DNA of 64,000 bases, taken from contig OX597819.1 in the NCBI GenBank assembly GCA_951406725.2, positions 29,574,001 through 29,638,000 of the forward strand, written 5' to 3'. Numbering within the stretch: position 1 is the stretch's first letter; the number at the start of each line of letters is the position of its first letter. This stretch comes from Octopus vulgaris (taxonomy: Eukaryota). Positions 11,601 to 25,311 of this stretch are shown one piece after another. The position numbers and the translations under genes were made by a program. The notes under the pieces were generated by a model. The model worked only from the letters and a program-made list of their open reading frames with translations, did no database searches and had not been told where the DNA came from.

Positions 11601-13710
11601 AACCTCGGAGGGCCTAAGTAGGTGATGAGCACTGCCCCATCCGTTAAACCAACCAACTGAAAAGAAATTTTTAAATCCCAGTAAACTGTAGATGTGTGAG
11701 TGCGAATTAGTGCGTGTGTAAACATACATACATGCACTCATTTTTTTTATAGGTGTACATGTCACTTCAGTGCACTCGGCCGAAATTACTTTACATGTGT
11801 TTGCACGTATGCTACATGCATACATGTTATGGAGAGTATACGTTCATTCCAGGAAACTTAAATGGAGAGATGCGTTGGCATGTTTTACAACTCTTCACTC
11901 CATCCGATGAACGAAAATAAAATTTAAGACCCTCTTAGCATCTATCAAACTGCACTATACTAAATTATGTAGTGCTGAAACCAGTGAGGTATAGAGATTA
12001 ACAGATTGTTGTAGACTAATTAAGAAAGCATACAGAATTACCAGAGCAGACAACAATAACAGACCAGAATGTGTTCCACGTGTTGATTAGACGATTAGCG
12101 ATTTGGGATGGAACTTCTATACGGTAATACAGTCTGCTATAAACAGCAATGATGTTCCTCATTTTAAAAAAAAGGAAAGGGCACATTGGATAATGTAACC
12201 CGAGGTACATTATGTCTATGTAAAAAAATATAAAAGATGAAATGATCACAGCTGGAACGCGTTTGATCATAGGACTATGCAGTCAGGACAAAACGTGACA
12301 ACGAAGTATATGGACTTATTAGAGCTAACATCCAAATTTAGTTCCAATCACATTGTATTGTCTTAAAAATGGGAAATACTTATTTGATGATGTCCTCATT
12401 CAGGGGACAGAATATTCACAGATGGAATGCCTCTCATCACAGGTCTGCTCAATCAAAGTTGACAAGAGGCTGAATCTGTTTTGGTAACTAAAACAAAACA
12501 GGTGAAACATTTAACAAAATTATATTTATTACTCTTTACTTCTTTTATGAACTAAAACTAAATTCGAAAAAATAAAGCAAAGAAATGTTCCAAGTCACTT
12601 TTGTCACCATTCGTCTGTATACTCCCGCTTTCCCTGTCTCCCACGCACCGTCTGTATACTCCCATTATTTCTTTCTTTCTGTCTGCCAATCTTCATCCAT
12701 ATATTGACTTCCTTTCTCTCTCAATACTCTTTCGGCGATATATTCCCTTATTTTATCTGTCTTTCTTTTTCCTCACACCTTCCGTCTATACATTCCCGCT
12801 TTCTCTCTCTCAAGAACGTCAACATTATCATACAAAGACGATGGTTTTGACGCAAACTCTAGAACTAAATAGAACCCAGTTTTTAGTACGTCACGGTTCC
12901 AACAGTAAATTACTCTTCGGGTTCACTTTACTTTCTATTCACTCGTAGTCTGTAATATGTGGTATATCACAGCAACAATCACTTGACTATATCTCCCACA
13001 CAATTAGAAAAGTCGCTTTATGCCACGGGAAAATTATGTTGTTTATTGTGTGGTACAGAACAAGTGTTTAATATAACCTTGCGCCTAAGTGTATATATGT
13101 ATGTATATGTGAATAAAACAGCGTTTCGAAATGAATTACAAATGAAATAAACATTAAATAAAGAAACACGCAACGTTTAATTAAAGAAAATACAAAAATA
13201 AGGTTATATTCAGAATATTTTCCCCGTAATACAAAATAATGAAGATCTATGTAAATTCATATTGCTTACAACTGCACATATGACGAGAGATGAACTAAAA
13301 ATATATATATATAACATGAATTTTGTCGCAAGGAAGAAACCGAAAGAAGAAAAAAGATTGACATATTTACATCAGTGAATGAATGAGAAGCGTAATGTTT
13401 TCGCTAACGACGACTCCAAATCAATACCTTATTAATATATCGGCGTCTTCATCTCTGTGGCTGAAGAATGAATGGAACTAGAAGAACAAAAATGAACAAT
13501 CGTAAAGACACTAACCGGTAACATGAGATTCCATCCAGATGTATGACCAAATCCAAAAACACGTACCGCAAACATTTACGCAACCAAAGCTTCCGACACG
13601 TTCGGTTAGCTTTATTTATATATTTATAGTAAAGTATTGACGCATACACTTACACACTGACACATACACACACATATTTAGATGTATGTGTGTGTGTGTG
13701 CGCGCACTTG

Positions 13711-13790
<80 letters not shown>

Positions 13791-13889
13791 GTGTATGTAT
13801 GTATGTATATATATATATATTTATTTATTTATTTATATTTACATTACGTGTATGTATATATATTTTTTATAAACTTGTTATTGAAGCAC

Positions 13890-13926
13890 TTGCCGGAAGT
13901 TGAATGGTTTCACAGCGCATGCGCTC
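13890..13926. promoter_or_regulatory. Possible promoter: ETS (CCGGAAGT) + NRF1 (GCGCATGCGC) sites
   Basis: Two classic metazoan housekeeping motifs ~15 bp apart in non-repetitive sequence that seems to retain CpGs. Confidence 0.35.
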
Positions 13927-14747
13927 GTGATGCTGAGCTTCGGTACAGCATCACTTGCAGATGTATCTATCTATCCATACATACTTTTAATGAATTATTA
14001 CCCTGTCCAGTTTCCAATTACTATTAATCAGCGTCATAATAATTGTCTCCAGTCTAGTTGTCGCAATCAGCGTCATCACTGTCCACTTCACCCATTTAAA
14101 GTCTTTAGTTACTATAAGATAGTGGTGGTGTTGATGATAATGATGATGATGGTGATGGTGATATTGATGCTGATGGTAACTGTTGGGCGGGTGGTTCCAA
14201 ACTTCTTTTTCTGCGCTCTGCTTCACACACATTTCATCTGGCAATAAACAAAATCACTTCCAGGATTAGGGTTGGTGTATAATAACTATTAAAAACACAT
14301 TTAAACTTATTTGATGATGCACAAATTATTTTTTATACTTTTATAAATTAAATTTCAAAACTGTGCTTTACAGTTTGTTTTGGGGTGGACGTTGGGGGTA
14401 GTTAAGGATAAGAAGCATAGTTTATAAGCGCTGAGTATTCTGTTGAGTGACATGCTCTTTCTAATATTACATGACTGCTTTGTACTGATTAAGTCCAACT
14501 GCTGTTGTGGCCACCATAATGTGCTTGCTCGCCTTCCTAGAAATAGCAACAAAATCTCCCTCAAAACGCACTCTACCAGATTACGAATTACACTACACTT
14601 TCAAACAAAACAAAAAAGGAAAAAGGATGGACAGGGCTGGGATGACTTTGATCATAGTTCTGCTCAGCTGGAGCTAAATAACAAGATTTCAGAAAGAGAT
14701 GGGATAGCATAGAGAGTACATTGCACCACCATCTAACAATTAACCAC

Positions 14748-14795
<48 letters not shown>

Positions 14796-14819
14796 CATGC
14801 ATATATATATATATGCATG

Positions 14820-14863
<44 letters not shown>

Positions 14864-14867
<4 letters not shown>

Positions 14868-15168
14868 CATGACCGACCAGGCTATCAGATGTTGCTACTC
14901 ATCGATGGTCACAATGCGCTTAGCATTGTTTTAGCCTTCAAATGACGCCACCCTGCTGGCTAAGCAAGCAGGCCAACAGAAGAAAGAGTGAGAGAAAGTT
15001 GTGGTGAAAGAGTACAGCAGAGATTGCCACCACCCCCTGTCAGTGCCTCGTGGAGCTTTAGGTGTTTTCGCTCAATAAACACTCACAACTACCCGGTCTG
15101 GGAATCGAAACTGCGATCCTACAACCGCAAGTCCACTGCCCTAACCACTGGCCCACTGCACCTCCACT
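14864..15168 (-). mobile_element. SINE family C, tail type 1 (RTE-like tail), next to (TA)n
   Basis: Head with cagtggttag A box and tttcgattccc B box; tail ...ctgatagcctggtcggtcatggtga. Confidence 0.85.
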
Positions 15169-15339
15169 ATAAGTTGTTCTATAAAGCCCGAAACATATGT
15201 ACCGCAACATCCTTTGCATCTTGTTTTTCATTTATATTTAATACATTTATATATATATATATATATGGGGGGGGGTATTTGTACAAGAGTTGAAAAGTTC
15301 CTGGCTTTGAGTAAAAGAAAATACAGAGGATCAGTCCAC

Positions 15340-15580
15340 ATTGTAAATTGGTTGGCATTTGGAACAGCACCCAGCTGTAAAAACCATGCCAAAGCTGACC
15401 TCACCTGTGCTGGTGCCACATAAAAAGTACTCAGTCCACTCTGCAGAGTGGTTGGTGTTAGGAAGGGCATCCAGCCATAAAACCCATAACAAAACACTGA
15501 AGCCTGCTGCAGTCTTCTGCTTGGCCAGCTCCTGTTAAACTATTTAACCCACCCCAGCATGGAAAGCAGACGTTAAATGA

Positions 15581-15585
<5 letters not shown>
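15340..15585 (+). mobile_element. RTE LINE 3' end fragment
   Basis: ggaagggcatccagc...gacgttaaatgatgat. Confidence 0.75.
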
Positions 15586-15626
<41 letters not shown>

Positions 15627-15681
15627 GACTGGCCTGGTGCATATATATGGAAAGCAGTTATGTATGTATGCATATATGAAT

Positions 15682-15713
<32 letters not shown>

Positions 15714-16025
15714 GTCTACATCCTTCTACCTTCTCCAACTCCTGTATCAAGGGCCATCCATCACTCCCTACATCCACCCTTCAACCTGTCTCCATTCCCC
15801 CATATCTTACTTTCCCATATATTCTTGTAAACCCTGACTTTTCCACATGCCTACTTCCTCTGTCCTCACTCACTTCTACTCACCTTGTACTTTGAGGAAC
15901 CACCTGGACTTGCAGCTTCCACTGGTCCTTCTCACCCTCTCTTCTAAATGTGAGTAGCCACATACCCCACTACAACAAGAACTTACCTGCCCCTCCTCTT
16001 CTCTCTTCATGGCAAGGCATGTGGA

Positions 16026-16205
16026 TACAGTTCTATATTTAAGAGATGGGGAATTATGTATATTATTTACATTATTTACATTTGACAGATATTTGTCCTC
16101 ATCTTGTTTGTTGTTAACATGTTTCAGCTGATATACCCTCAAACTTTCATCAGGTGTCTTGGGGAAATTACGAACGTGGGTTCTCATTCCTAAGGTATTT
16201 TTCGA

Positions 16206-16253
<48 letters not shown>

Positions 16254-16267
16254 CATTATTATTATTA

Positions 16268-16298
<31 letters not shown>

Positions 16299-16367
16299 AG
16301 TGGTTAAGAGTGCGAGCTACTAACCCCAAGATTCTGAGTTCGATTCCAAGCTTTGACCTGAGCGATG

Positions 16368-16402
<35 letters not shown>

Positions 16403-16575
16403 CATAATAATCATAATAATCATAATAATAATAATAATAATAATAATAACATCAAAAAATACTTTAGGAATGAGAATCCAGGTTCGAAATTTCCCCAAGA
16501 CACCTGATGAAGCTGAAACATTGTATCAGCAACTAACAAGATTAGGACAAATATCCGTCAAATGTAAATAATGTA
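16026..16575 (+). mobile_element. tRNA-headed, (AAT)n-containing, hammerhead-bearing retroposon with 5' inversion
   Basis: 12-bp TSD aaggcatgtgga (16014-16025 / 16576-16587); tRNA A/B boxes 16298-16347; HHR remnants 16499-16527 (+) and ~16116-16158 (-). Confidence 0.75.
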
Positions 16576-16924
16576 AAGGCATGTGGACTTCTAGATAATG
16601 CCTTTATATCTTTCAGTTCGACTGTTTCTTATTGGATGTTAAGTTGTGGCTTCAGAAAATACAACACCTTGACTAGTTCAATAAGTTTTCACTGCTTTTA
16701 AAGTAAATAATCTCCCTTTGTCTGAATGAACAAAAATTTGTCATCCTATAAAGCAATAAGATATAGTCTAGACATCTGATGAGAGTTGTGAATGTCATAT
16801 CATTGCAGGGAATAACAAGAGAAAATTTAGATATACATTTCTTGTATGATATTGAAGAGAAACTTTAAAGTCTGTACCATGCCTCTGATTTAACAGTTAC
16901 TTCCTTTACAAGCGGATAATGAAT

Positions 16925-17227
16925 ATTTTGTTCTTTCTTGAGTTATGCCTGGCTCTTAAGGGCCGGTTTCCTAGTTTCTTGGCAAATAGGTTCCCCACCT
17001 GAATGGGATGCCGGTCCGTCACAGGTGAGCTGCAAGATGCAGGAGGAAAGAGTGAGAGAAAGTTGTAGCGAAAGAGTCAGCAGAAGTTTGCCATTACCTG
17101 CTGCCGGAGCCACATGGAGCTAAGGTATTTTCGCTCATAAACACACACATTGCCCGGTCTGAGATTCGAACCCATGATCTCTTGACCGCGAGTCTGCTGC
17201 TCTAACCACTAGGCCATGTGCCTCCAC
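16925..17227 (-). mobile_element. SINE family C, tail type 3
   Basis: Family C-like head; tail shared with 44590-44833 and 55939-56210. Confidence 0.8.
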
Positions 17228-18074
17228 ACATAATGAATATTGCTACCAGTCAATATCCTTCATGTGACTGACTGACCTACTTGTTTTAAAGTGGCACTGT
17301 ATCTACCATGTAACAGGCATTGCATTCCACTACAAAGAAGACGATAAGCTCAGTGGGGTAGAGAGAAAACCTCTTCAAAATAATTTCTTTCAAAGTAGGA
17401 ATAGCTGTAATGGTCTCTGATTCAAGAGGAAGTGCTTTAGCTCTGTAAAGAAATTCACTTTAGCAGAAAACTACAGACTCCACTTGGCCATATAATTGAA
17501 CATATCAAACATTCATTGCACAGCTGAGTCACTAGTATGTGGTGGCAATTCTAAGAGTAACTTCAGCTGTTCAAGATCCAGCTTAATCTAATCATCCCCC
17601 CTTAAAGATTGATTGTAGATTCAAAAGATTTAAATTTGATAGAAGTTGATTCTTTCTTTTTAGTAGTGGCTAGAAACGTTTCTTGGCTCACATTATGTTC
17701 TTCCTGATCACAACAATGGCATTTGGAGGGCAGTAACTCTGAATAATAGCCAAACTGGTCATGATGACCCATGTCACTATGGAAAAGTAGGGATAAAATT
17801 GTGGTGGTGGGTTGCATTTAAAAAAGCCCCAAAGTTTTTCAATATTTTAAAATGTTTTTTTTTACGCTAAGTCTGTTAAATATTTACTCTGAAATGTGAA
17901 TGATTTTCAAGTCTGGTAATATCTATATCTGCAGTTAAGAAATCTGGACATGCATATTTAACCAGGCAGACTGCATTCAGTGGAATAACGCATTCTTGCC
18001 AACACAACTGCTATACTTTACATGAGTTATACATGACATCTTCATTTTCAAACTCCTGAAAAGACATCATTGAT

Positions 18075-18760
18075 CAAATGCATGAGAAGACCCGGCAAGC
18101 CAAATGAAACCATAATCTCATGGCCTATGCCAGGGGCGTGTACCTTTTCCTTCTTTGGACACTAAAACTCTGCTTGCGAAGACCTGTTGAGGCAAGTGAA
18201 ATCAAATCAATCAAAATCAAAATCAAATTCGATGACTTGCATCCGTGCTAGCAGGGTGCAAAGAGCACCATATGAGCGTGATCATTGACAGAGCGGCTAA
18301 CCGGCTTCTGTGCCAGTGGAACTCAAAGGGCACCATTCGAGCGTGATTGTTACCAGCGTCACCTTACTGGCACTTGTGCCCATGCTAGTAGGGTGCCAAG
18401 AGCACCATCCGAGTGAGATTGTTGCCAGAGCAGCCAACTGGCTTCCGTGCCAGTGGCACATAAAAGGGCACCATTCGAGCGTGATCGTTACCAAAGTCAC
18501 CTTACTGGCACCTGTGCTGGGGGCATGTGTAAAAGGATTCGAGCAAGGTCATTGCCAGTACTGCCTGACTAGCCCCCGTGCCAGTGGCATGTAAAAAGCA
18601 CCCACTACACTCTTGGAGTGGTTGGCGTTAGGAAGGGCATCCAGCTGTAGAAACTCTGCCAAATCAAGATTGGAGCCTGGTGCAGCCCTCAGTCAAAATC
18701 GTCTGACCCATGGTAGCATGGAAAGTGGACGTTAAACGATGATGATAATGATGATGATGA
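18075..18760 (+). mobile_element. RTE LINE 3' fragment with expanded 3' UTR repeat modules
   Basis: Reverse complement of 25812-26510; (ATG)n tail. Confidence 0.85.
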
Positions 18761-18974
18761 ACATGAAGGAAAAAAAAAGATTTAATAATTGGAAGCTTTT
18801 TTTAGTAAATAAAATTTATCTAAATTTAACTTTAAAGAAGAGGTTACTTAGGAAATTAGGTCATCATTTTTGAGTAAAAGTTTCATTGGGAATCGATATT
18901 TTTATTAAAAAAAAAAAATTATAACAATATTCAGAATCTCTTATTCTGAGAGTCTACAGCAATAGCTCTCAATC

Positions 18975-19300
18975 TGGAAGACTATGTTTGGCAACAGGAC
19001 TCTGCACCATGCCACACAAGCAGGAGAACCCAATCATAGCTGTCAGGCAGTTTCTGTGACCACATCACCCCTAACATCTGGCCAACTAACTCTCCAGACT
19101 CCAGCTCCCTTGATTATTATGTGTGGGGCACAGGTGAGTGTGAGACTAACAAAACTCCTTGTAACTCTAAAGATGAACTGAAGGCAAGGATTATGGTAGC
19201 ATTCACTAATTTAAAAAAGGAGACCATCCAGAAGATTAGCAGGAGATTCTGAAATTGTCTGGAGGCCATGGTTAAAGCCAAAGGCGATTTTATTCATTAA
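18975..19300 (+). pseudogene. DD37D (maT-type) Tc1/mariner transposase C-terminal remnant
   Basis: WQQDSAPCH...WPTNSPDSSSLDYYVWG with 37 residues between the catalytic Ds; in-frame stop. Confidence 0.8.
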
Positions 19301-19399
19301 ATGTACTCTTGAAATACATAAAAGTATTTCAAGATATTTTTATGCAATTGTGGTAAATAGATCTGTTAAAATGAGATGTCAGTGTTATTTATATATCAT

Positions 19400-19442
<43 letters not shown>

Positions 19443-19767
19443 TATATACATATATATATATTTATCTACACATACATGCATACACACACACACACACACA
19501 CACATACACACACATACACCCATACACACACACAGCATTATCATGGCCTTGCGTTATAGTCTAGAATCTTCCAACCTATAACTATCACTGAGTTTCAAAG
19601 GTGAGGGATAAAATCTATACAAGATAGAACTACAAAGACCAGTTCGAATTGTCATACTGACCATTAAGTTTACATTACATTCTATGACATCTGAATGTTT
19701 GATAATGATAAGCCAAAAAACAAAGTGACTGAAACAAAATTGTCAGAGCAAATTCAGTCTGATTACA

Positions 19768-20194
19768 GGTAAGTTCACCACCATCAATTCACTCTGTATG
19801 TTACTTTTGCTGTGTAAATTAAGACTTGTTCAAAGTTACAATGAAGATAATTGCATCTGTGACTACTTGCATGGAACAGATCATAACATAACTTATTAGA
19901 AAACTGGTTTACTTATTTGATTAAACTCATTAATCTTTTAAATTCTATTCATTAAATTGATTGATTAAATCCATCTAATTTTTGAATAAATTGATGATAA
20001 GGGTTTTTAAAATCTTTTTTACCATGAAGTTTTCTATCCATTAATTAAGCACATTAGAGTTCAAAAATAAGGTTTTTATATTCTTTTACTGTGAACTTAT
20101 CTCTCTGTAAACTTTCCTCATGGTGAACTTTTCTTGCAGTGAACATTCCTTATGGTGAACTTTCCCTGTGATGAACTGATGATGGTGAACTTAC
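19768..20194. mobile_element. Old MITE-like element with TIR gtaagttcacca and subterminal gtgaactt repeats
   Basis: gtaagttcaccaccatc ... gatgatggtgaacttac; array of gtgaactt at 20090-20190. Confidence 0.55.
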
Positions 20195-20605
20195 TAGACA
20201 TGTTCAGTCCTATGTTACTGAGCATAGAGACAAGCTTGGACTGCCTGTAAAGAGCTCCTCAACATTAGGCTCCCTCATGGCACATGTAGAAAGCATTTTC
20301 CCCTATGAAACTGAAATTTGAGCTAAGAAGGAGTTTCAAGAGTACCTTAATGGTGCATACAGTATGCAGACATGAACACAATACCAAAACAAATTGTGAT
20401 TTATGGATATATTCCACCTTCTGCATTCCAGGCCTATGTCTTGCTACCTTGCAATATCTTACACAGTACAATCTCTAAAATGGTTGGTATCAGAAAGGTT
20501 ATCTAGCCATAGAGGCCATGCTAAATTAGATGCTGAAGCATGTTACAGTCCTCTAAATCTTATCAACCCATCCAACCTATGCCAGCATGGAGGCCAGGTG
20601 TTAAA

Positions 20606-20782
20606 TGATGACAGTTATGACGATGATGACAATGACGGTGATGACGACGATGATGACGATGATGACAACAATGATGATGATGGTCATGATAATGATTACA
20701 ATGAAGATGATGATGATGATGGTGATGATGATGATGGCAATGATGATGACAGTGACAACGACAATGATGATGACAATAATAA
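20606..20782. repeat. Degenerate (GAT/GAC)n microsatellite (expanded RTE tail)
   Basis: Directly follows a decayed RTE 3' end. Confidence 0.85.
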
Positions 20783-20983
20783 TGTTTCCACCTATTTCTT
20801 CCATTGCTGCTCAACATGGAGTAGGCTTTCATGGCCACTACTACTATATTGAATACCAGACCATACTGGACATTCTTTTTTTGGAGACTTCTGTAACACT
20901 TATAATGGATGAAGACCAGTTAACTACATTAGTGTTATTGACAGAAAAAATACAGCAGGAAATTGAGGGCCTACCAAAGTTAA

Positions 20984-23137
20984 CCACTTCACATTGGTGA
21001 CGGATTAGGCAGCCTGTGTGCAGCCACAGCAATCCCGTCGAGAGGTCAAAAATTCGTGTGAGATAACATTTGGCATATATTTATGTGAACTGCTTCAAAG
21101 CTGGAACTGTTTATTTACTTTAACTGTATCATTTTGCAGGATGCTGATGCAGGAGTAAGATCAATCAACAGCACAAGTCAGATAAACTTCATATATTTAG
21201 CACAAGTCAGAAAAATTTCATGTATTTGCCTTATACAATCACATTGCACAAAAATTTAATTCTGGTACCATTCAAAGTGGTATATTACAATCAAAATAAA
21301 AGTATCTGGTTTCCTTTCATTTCACTTTCACTTTACACACAGCACATCTATTCACTACATTTGCCTTCTTTATGGTGGGTGCAATCAATCTTGGGAAATG
21401 CCCATGTCCCTTTACTATGTAGCGACAGAGTGTCTGGCATGAGGACGTCCATGTGTTCAGTGCCTTAGTAGATCTGACGCTTCTATAATTTCACAGAATA
21501 GTAAATCTCAAAATATCAATCCATCCCCAATACCTTCAAGCATCTGCCAAATCAAATGAGAATTGATGATGCACATGCCAACCAATATACAAGTAAATTT
21601 TTTTTTATACCACTTCACAAATTTTCCTACAGATTTGTTCATTGTCGCCAGCTGATCTGAGCGATTGACCCTTGCCCATCCTCTCATTGTACGAAATAAC
21701 CACACACGGTTTCATTATCAGATTACTGTCCACATCTAGTTTTCTAGTGTCTTTCATGTTTGCCAAATGCATTGTGGACAACATGCAGATGTTTCTCTTG
21801 TTCTGTCACACTAGAGCGAGAATGACACTATTGGTGCATCAGTACACTGTTGCCCCCTTCCAAAGTTTTTTCCTATGTAGGATGTATTTTGTGTAGTGTA
21901 TCATCCAGGTTTTCACCTGAACTGAAATGGAGATTTCTGAGAAGCACCAAAAAACGATCACATGGCATCATTTCTGGAAAGAAAGGTGTTGACATGGCTG
22001 GATCCTATGTTCAATATGATGCCAGGGTTGGTTTCTTCACACAATGCCCATCAATATTAGCAGCTCAAGAACTTTGATTTTGTCTCCTGTGGTTGGAAAC
22101 CAATCACCACCATGCGTAGGGCTGACATGTTGGGGATGGTTTTCAGAATAGCCATTCTTTTCGTCTGTTATATACTGGAACATTTCATCTGTCAAAAATA
22201 CGTGGAAGATTTCCGATGGTGAACTTCTATGTTCAAGCCTTTATGCCAGGTGTACCAGTAAACCCATGATGTAAAACGAAATTATCTCCCTGTTGCCATA
22301 TGACACTCTGTTGTCCAGGACCATACACTGCTGCCCACCTGTATCTTTGATTTACCAGAATATCATTATCACTATCTGAATCTGAACCATCCAATTGTGT
22401 CCTAGGGAAGTTCTCACTTTCAGAGTCATTATCCGAACCAGAAGAAACAGACGGGGAGGGAAATACAGTGGAGGAGCTTGACATAGCTGGATGTGATGAC
22501 CATAAATTGCACAAAGGCATAGCTGAATGCAACAACCACAAGTTGTACGAAACTAACATAAATGATGAAGCTGACTGAGCCAGAGTGGTAGGATGCGATG
22601 GGGGCTGATGGAATCAGAATGGTAGGATGCAACAAGACTGATGGAACCAGAATGGTAGGAGGCAACAAAGCTGGAGTGGTAGTATGTGATGACAAATGTG
22701 ATGATGAACATGAGAAAGCTGGAATGGTATGATGTGATAATGAAGCTGGAGTGGTTGAGTGCAACCATAAATTATGTGCTGGACCAGAATGCAACAAGCA
22801 CGTCCACAAGATTCATCTACAATATTAGTTGAAGAGTGCAAATTGGTTTTGAGTTGACCGGAAGCCATAGTGGTAATGTGGTATCATCACCTAAACTACA
22901 ACTTATATAGTAACAAAAGCCTACACCTGGGGTATAAATATTTAGATAATACATCTAAGCATCCTACTAGTCAGTGTATAATAGGTTGACCTGTGCTAGC
23001 TCAGGGAACAGTGTATATTTACATCAACAATGGCAAAAGGGCAAAGCAAGTACACAAATCAAGTGGTGTACATTTACATCAACTATTTAAAATATGTAGA
23101 CTGCATCTGTAAATTTACGTTAACCATTTTAAAGTGG
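20984..23137 (-). mobile_element. Decayed, internally deleted piggyBac transposon (PGBD-like transposase pseudogene)
   Basis: TTAA|ccactt...aagtgg|TTAA ends; motifs IFHVFLTDEMFQYI, LILMGIV, RFLVLLRNLHF, VNRSDQ..KWYKK, Cys-rich HFPRLIAPT..RCAVC..ETRYF..C; stops and frameshifts. Confidence 0.85.
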
Positions 23138-23907
23138 TTAACAAAGGATAGAGATTCCTAGCAAGGCAAAGTGAAATGCAGCTCAATCATGACCACTTAA
23201 AGAACAAAGAATCAAATTCTATTTAGATACATTCAGTATATTCAAATATGTATCAACCAGCAAGAACTGAGAATCCAAGTTATAAATAGTCATCAACTAA
23301 AAATTCTTTCACTCACATTCATTACATTCTTTCCTCCTCTCTCAAGTTATGATAACAACAGCATTGCTCAGTTAATTAGGAAGAAAATTTACTAAGGTAA
23401 ATTACAGCTGAGGTTTGTTGCCATGACAGAGCACCACTTATGCCATTTTCCTAGTAAAGCCATTACAGGAAGAATTCTTAACAAAGTGCAAAGAATTGTA
23501 ACTAGAATTCCATGATGTGGAGAAGGCTTTTGGACATTGGTGTGGCTGGAACATATAGGAACGAAATTTGCTTAGGGGAATGCAATTCGAGCTCCAATCC
23601 AGGATGTTCAAAGTGTTTTAATTGCCCCTCACCCCCAACAAAATTTTAGGGGGTGCACTTGCAGCCACTGCACCCCCTATTTCCAAGTCTATGAAAGTGT
23701 GTATTGCTCTTGTGTTTGCCCATCTTCCTTCAAATGCCCAAGCCTATACAAGTTTATACAACGGACCCAAAAATGCCATCCCCACTCCAATACATAAAAG
23801 CACTACCTGAGAAGGACTGCCCAACCCCATCTCTAGCTATGCTGCTGTCTCCCAGAGTATCATGCTTCAAAGTTTGGATTCATCAAGAAAATTGGATAAT
23901 GTAGATC

Positions 23908-24225
23908 TGTAGCTCTCAACTGGGGTACGTAAGATCCCTTGTGGTCCATATAAGATTTAAGGGGTTCACATAAGCAAAATAGTAAATTGGGTTCACAGTA
24001 ATATTTTATGGGTCCATGACAAAACTTTAGATGTATTTATTGCAAGAAACAACTAGATTTCTTTCTCTGGCATTTTACATAGTTCAGCCTACACAAGTGA
24101 ATATATGATAAGCAAAATAAGAATTTTGAAAGAAGTATCTATAAACATTGAATGACTGTGGGAGTCCACCAGAATAAGATTGTAATCAAAGGGATCTATA
24201 AGTAAATAACGGTTGAGAACCACTG
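23908..24225. mobile_element. Decayed hAT-like MITE
   Basis: ...ctctcaac.. / ggttgagaaccactg TIR (CAGTGGTTCTCAACC type). Confidence 0.5.
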
Positions 24226-24517
24226 ATGTTAATGAATGATTTATGAGAACCATACAAGCTACATGTACAGAATAGTAATGTATCTAGCTCAGTAATGTAT
24301 TTAGCATGGGAACAGGTTACCATGTAGATTTTGCTCTCAGCCCCTCCTTATGGCCACGAGAACTTTATTATATCTCACATGGCAAGAATAGAATTTATGA
24401 GGTGCTATCAATAGGAAATTCTCTATGAGGATGATGGAGTCAAATGTCAAAGTATTAGTGAAGAAATTCCAAATATAGAAACAAATCCTTGAATCAAGAG
24501 GTTTTAAAGTAAACCTA

Positions 24518-24805
24518 GGCATGTGGCTTAGAGGTTAGGGTATTTGGTTCACTGTTGAAGGTCATGAGTTCAATTCCCAATAGCACATTGTGTCGTTGAG
24601 CAAGACACTTTATTTCTCATTGCTTCAGTTCACTCAGCTGGCAAAAATAAGTTCTACCTGTTTTCAAAGGGCCAGCTTTGTCACATTCAGTTTTGTGCTG
24701 AGTCTCCCTGAGAATGTTCAAAGTTCATCTGTCTGTAGAGTGCTCGGCTACTTGCATGCTGATTTCACAAGCAGGCTGTTCCATCATTGGGTTGACTGGA
24801 ACCAA
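24518..24805 (+). mobile_element. tRNA/CORE-like SINE (family D) with tail type 2
   Basis: tRNA head, gtgtcgttgagcaagacact core, tail shared with 25312-25500. Confidence 0.65.
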
Positions 24806-24878
24806 GAAAGTGAGTGCCTGTTTTAGCAAAGACAAAATATTTTAGTCAGCACAAAAGCAGACAGAGCCTACTATTATG

Positions 24879-25066
24879 TATGAGGGGGTGTTGTAAAGTT
24901 CCTGGCTTTAAGGGTATTGTGAAAGGCCTGGCTGGAAGCCCAATTTTATGAGTTCTTTTACAGGGCTTAGAAAAACTGAAGGACTGCTGCAATTAGTACA
25001 TCAATCTGAGAGGAGAACATGTTGAATAAAATCATATTTAACTGTACTTTTCAGTATCCCCTTGTA
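24879..25066. mobile_element. mariner-type MITE
   Basis: TA-flanked imperfect TIR gaggggg..aaagt / acttttcag..cccct; same end seen at ~15280 and ~46592. Confidence 0.55.
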
Positions 25067-25311
25067 AGAAGTGACTATGCTTAATATGCAGAAAAAGAAT
25101 ATGTGGGAACTGAATATGGTGTATCCAGTGTAAGATATAATAAAACAATAGGTGAAGGGGATTATTGGCAGGCTTATGAAAAAGGACTTCAAATGTAGCA
25201 GATGCATGAAAGTAGATTGCAATAAGTGTACTGCCTATGATATAAATTCTTCATAACTTCTGTTTCTGAGGTGACCTAACAAGCAGTTGAAATAAGTGTT
25301 CTGAAAGTATA

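Noticed and set aside
11373-11660. Exon-like GC-richer segment with splice-like signals on both strands
   Set aside because: Stops in the candidate frames and no recognisable protein
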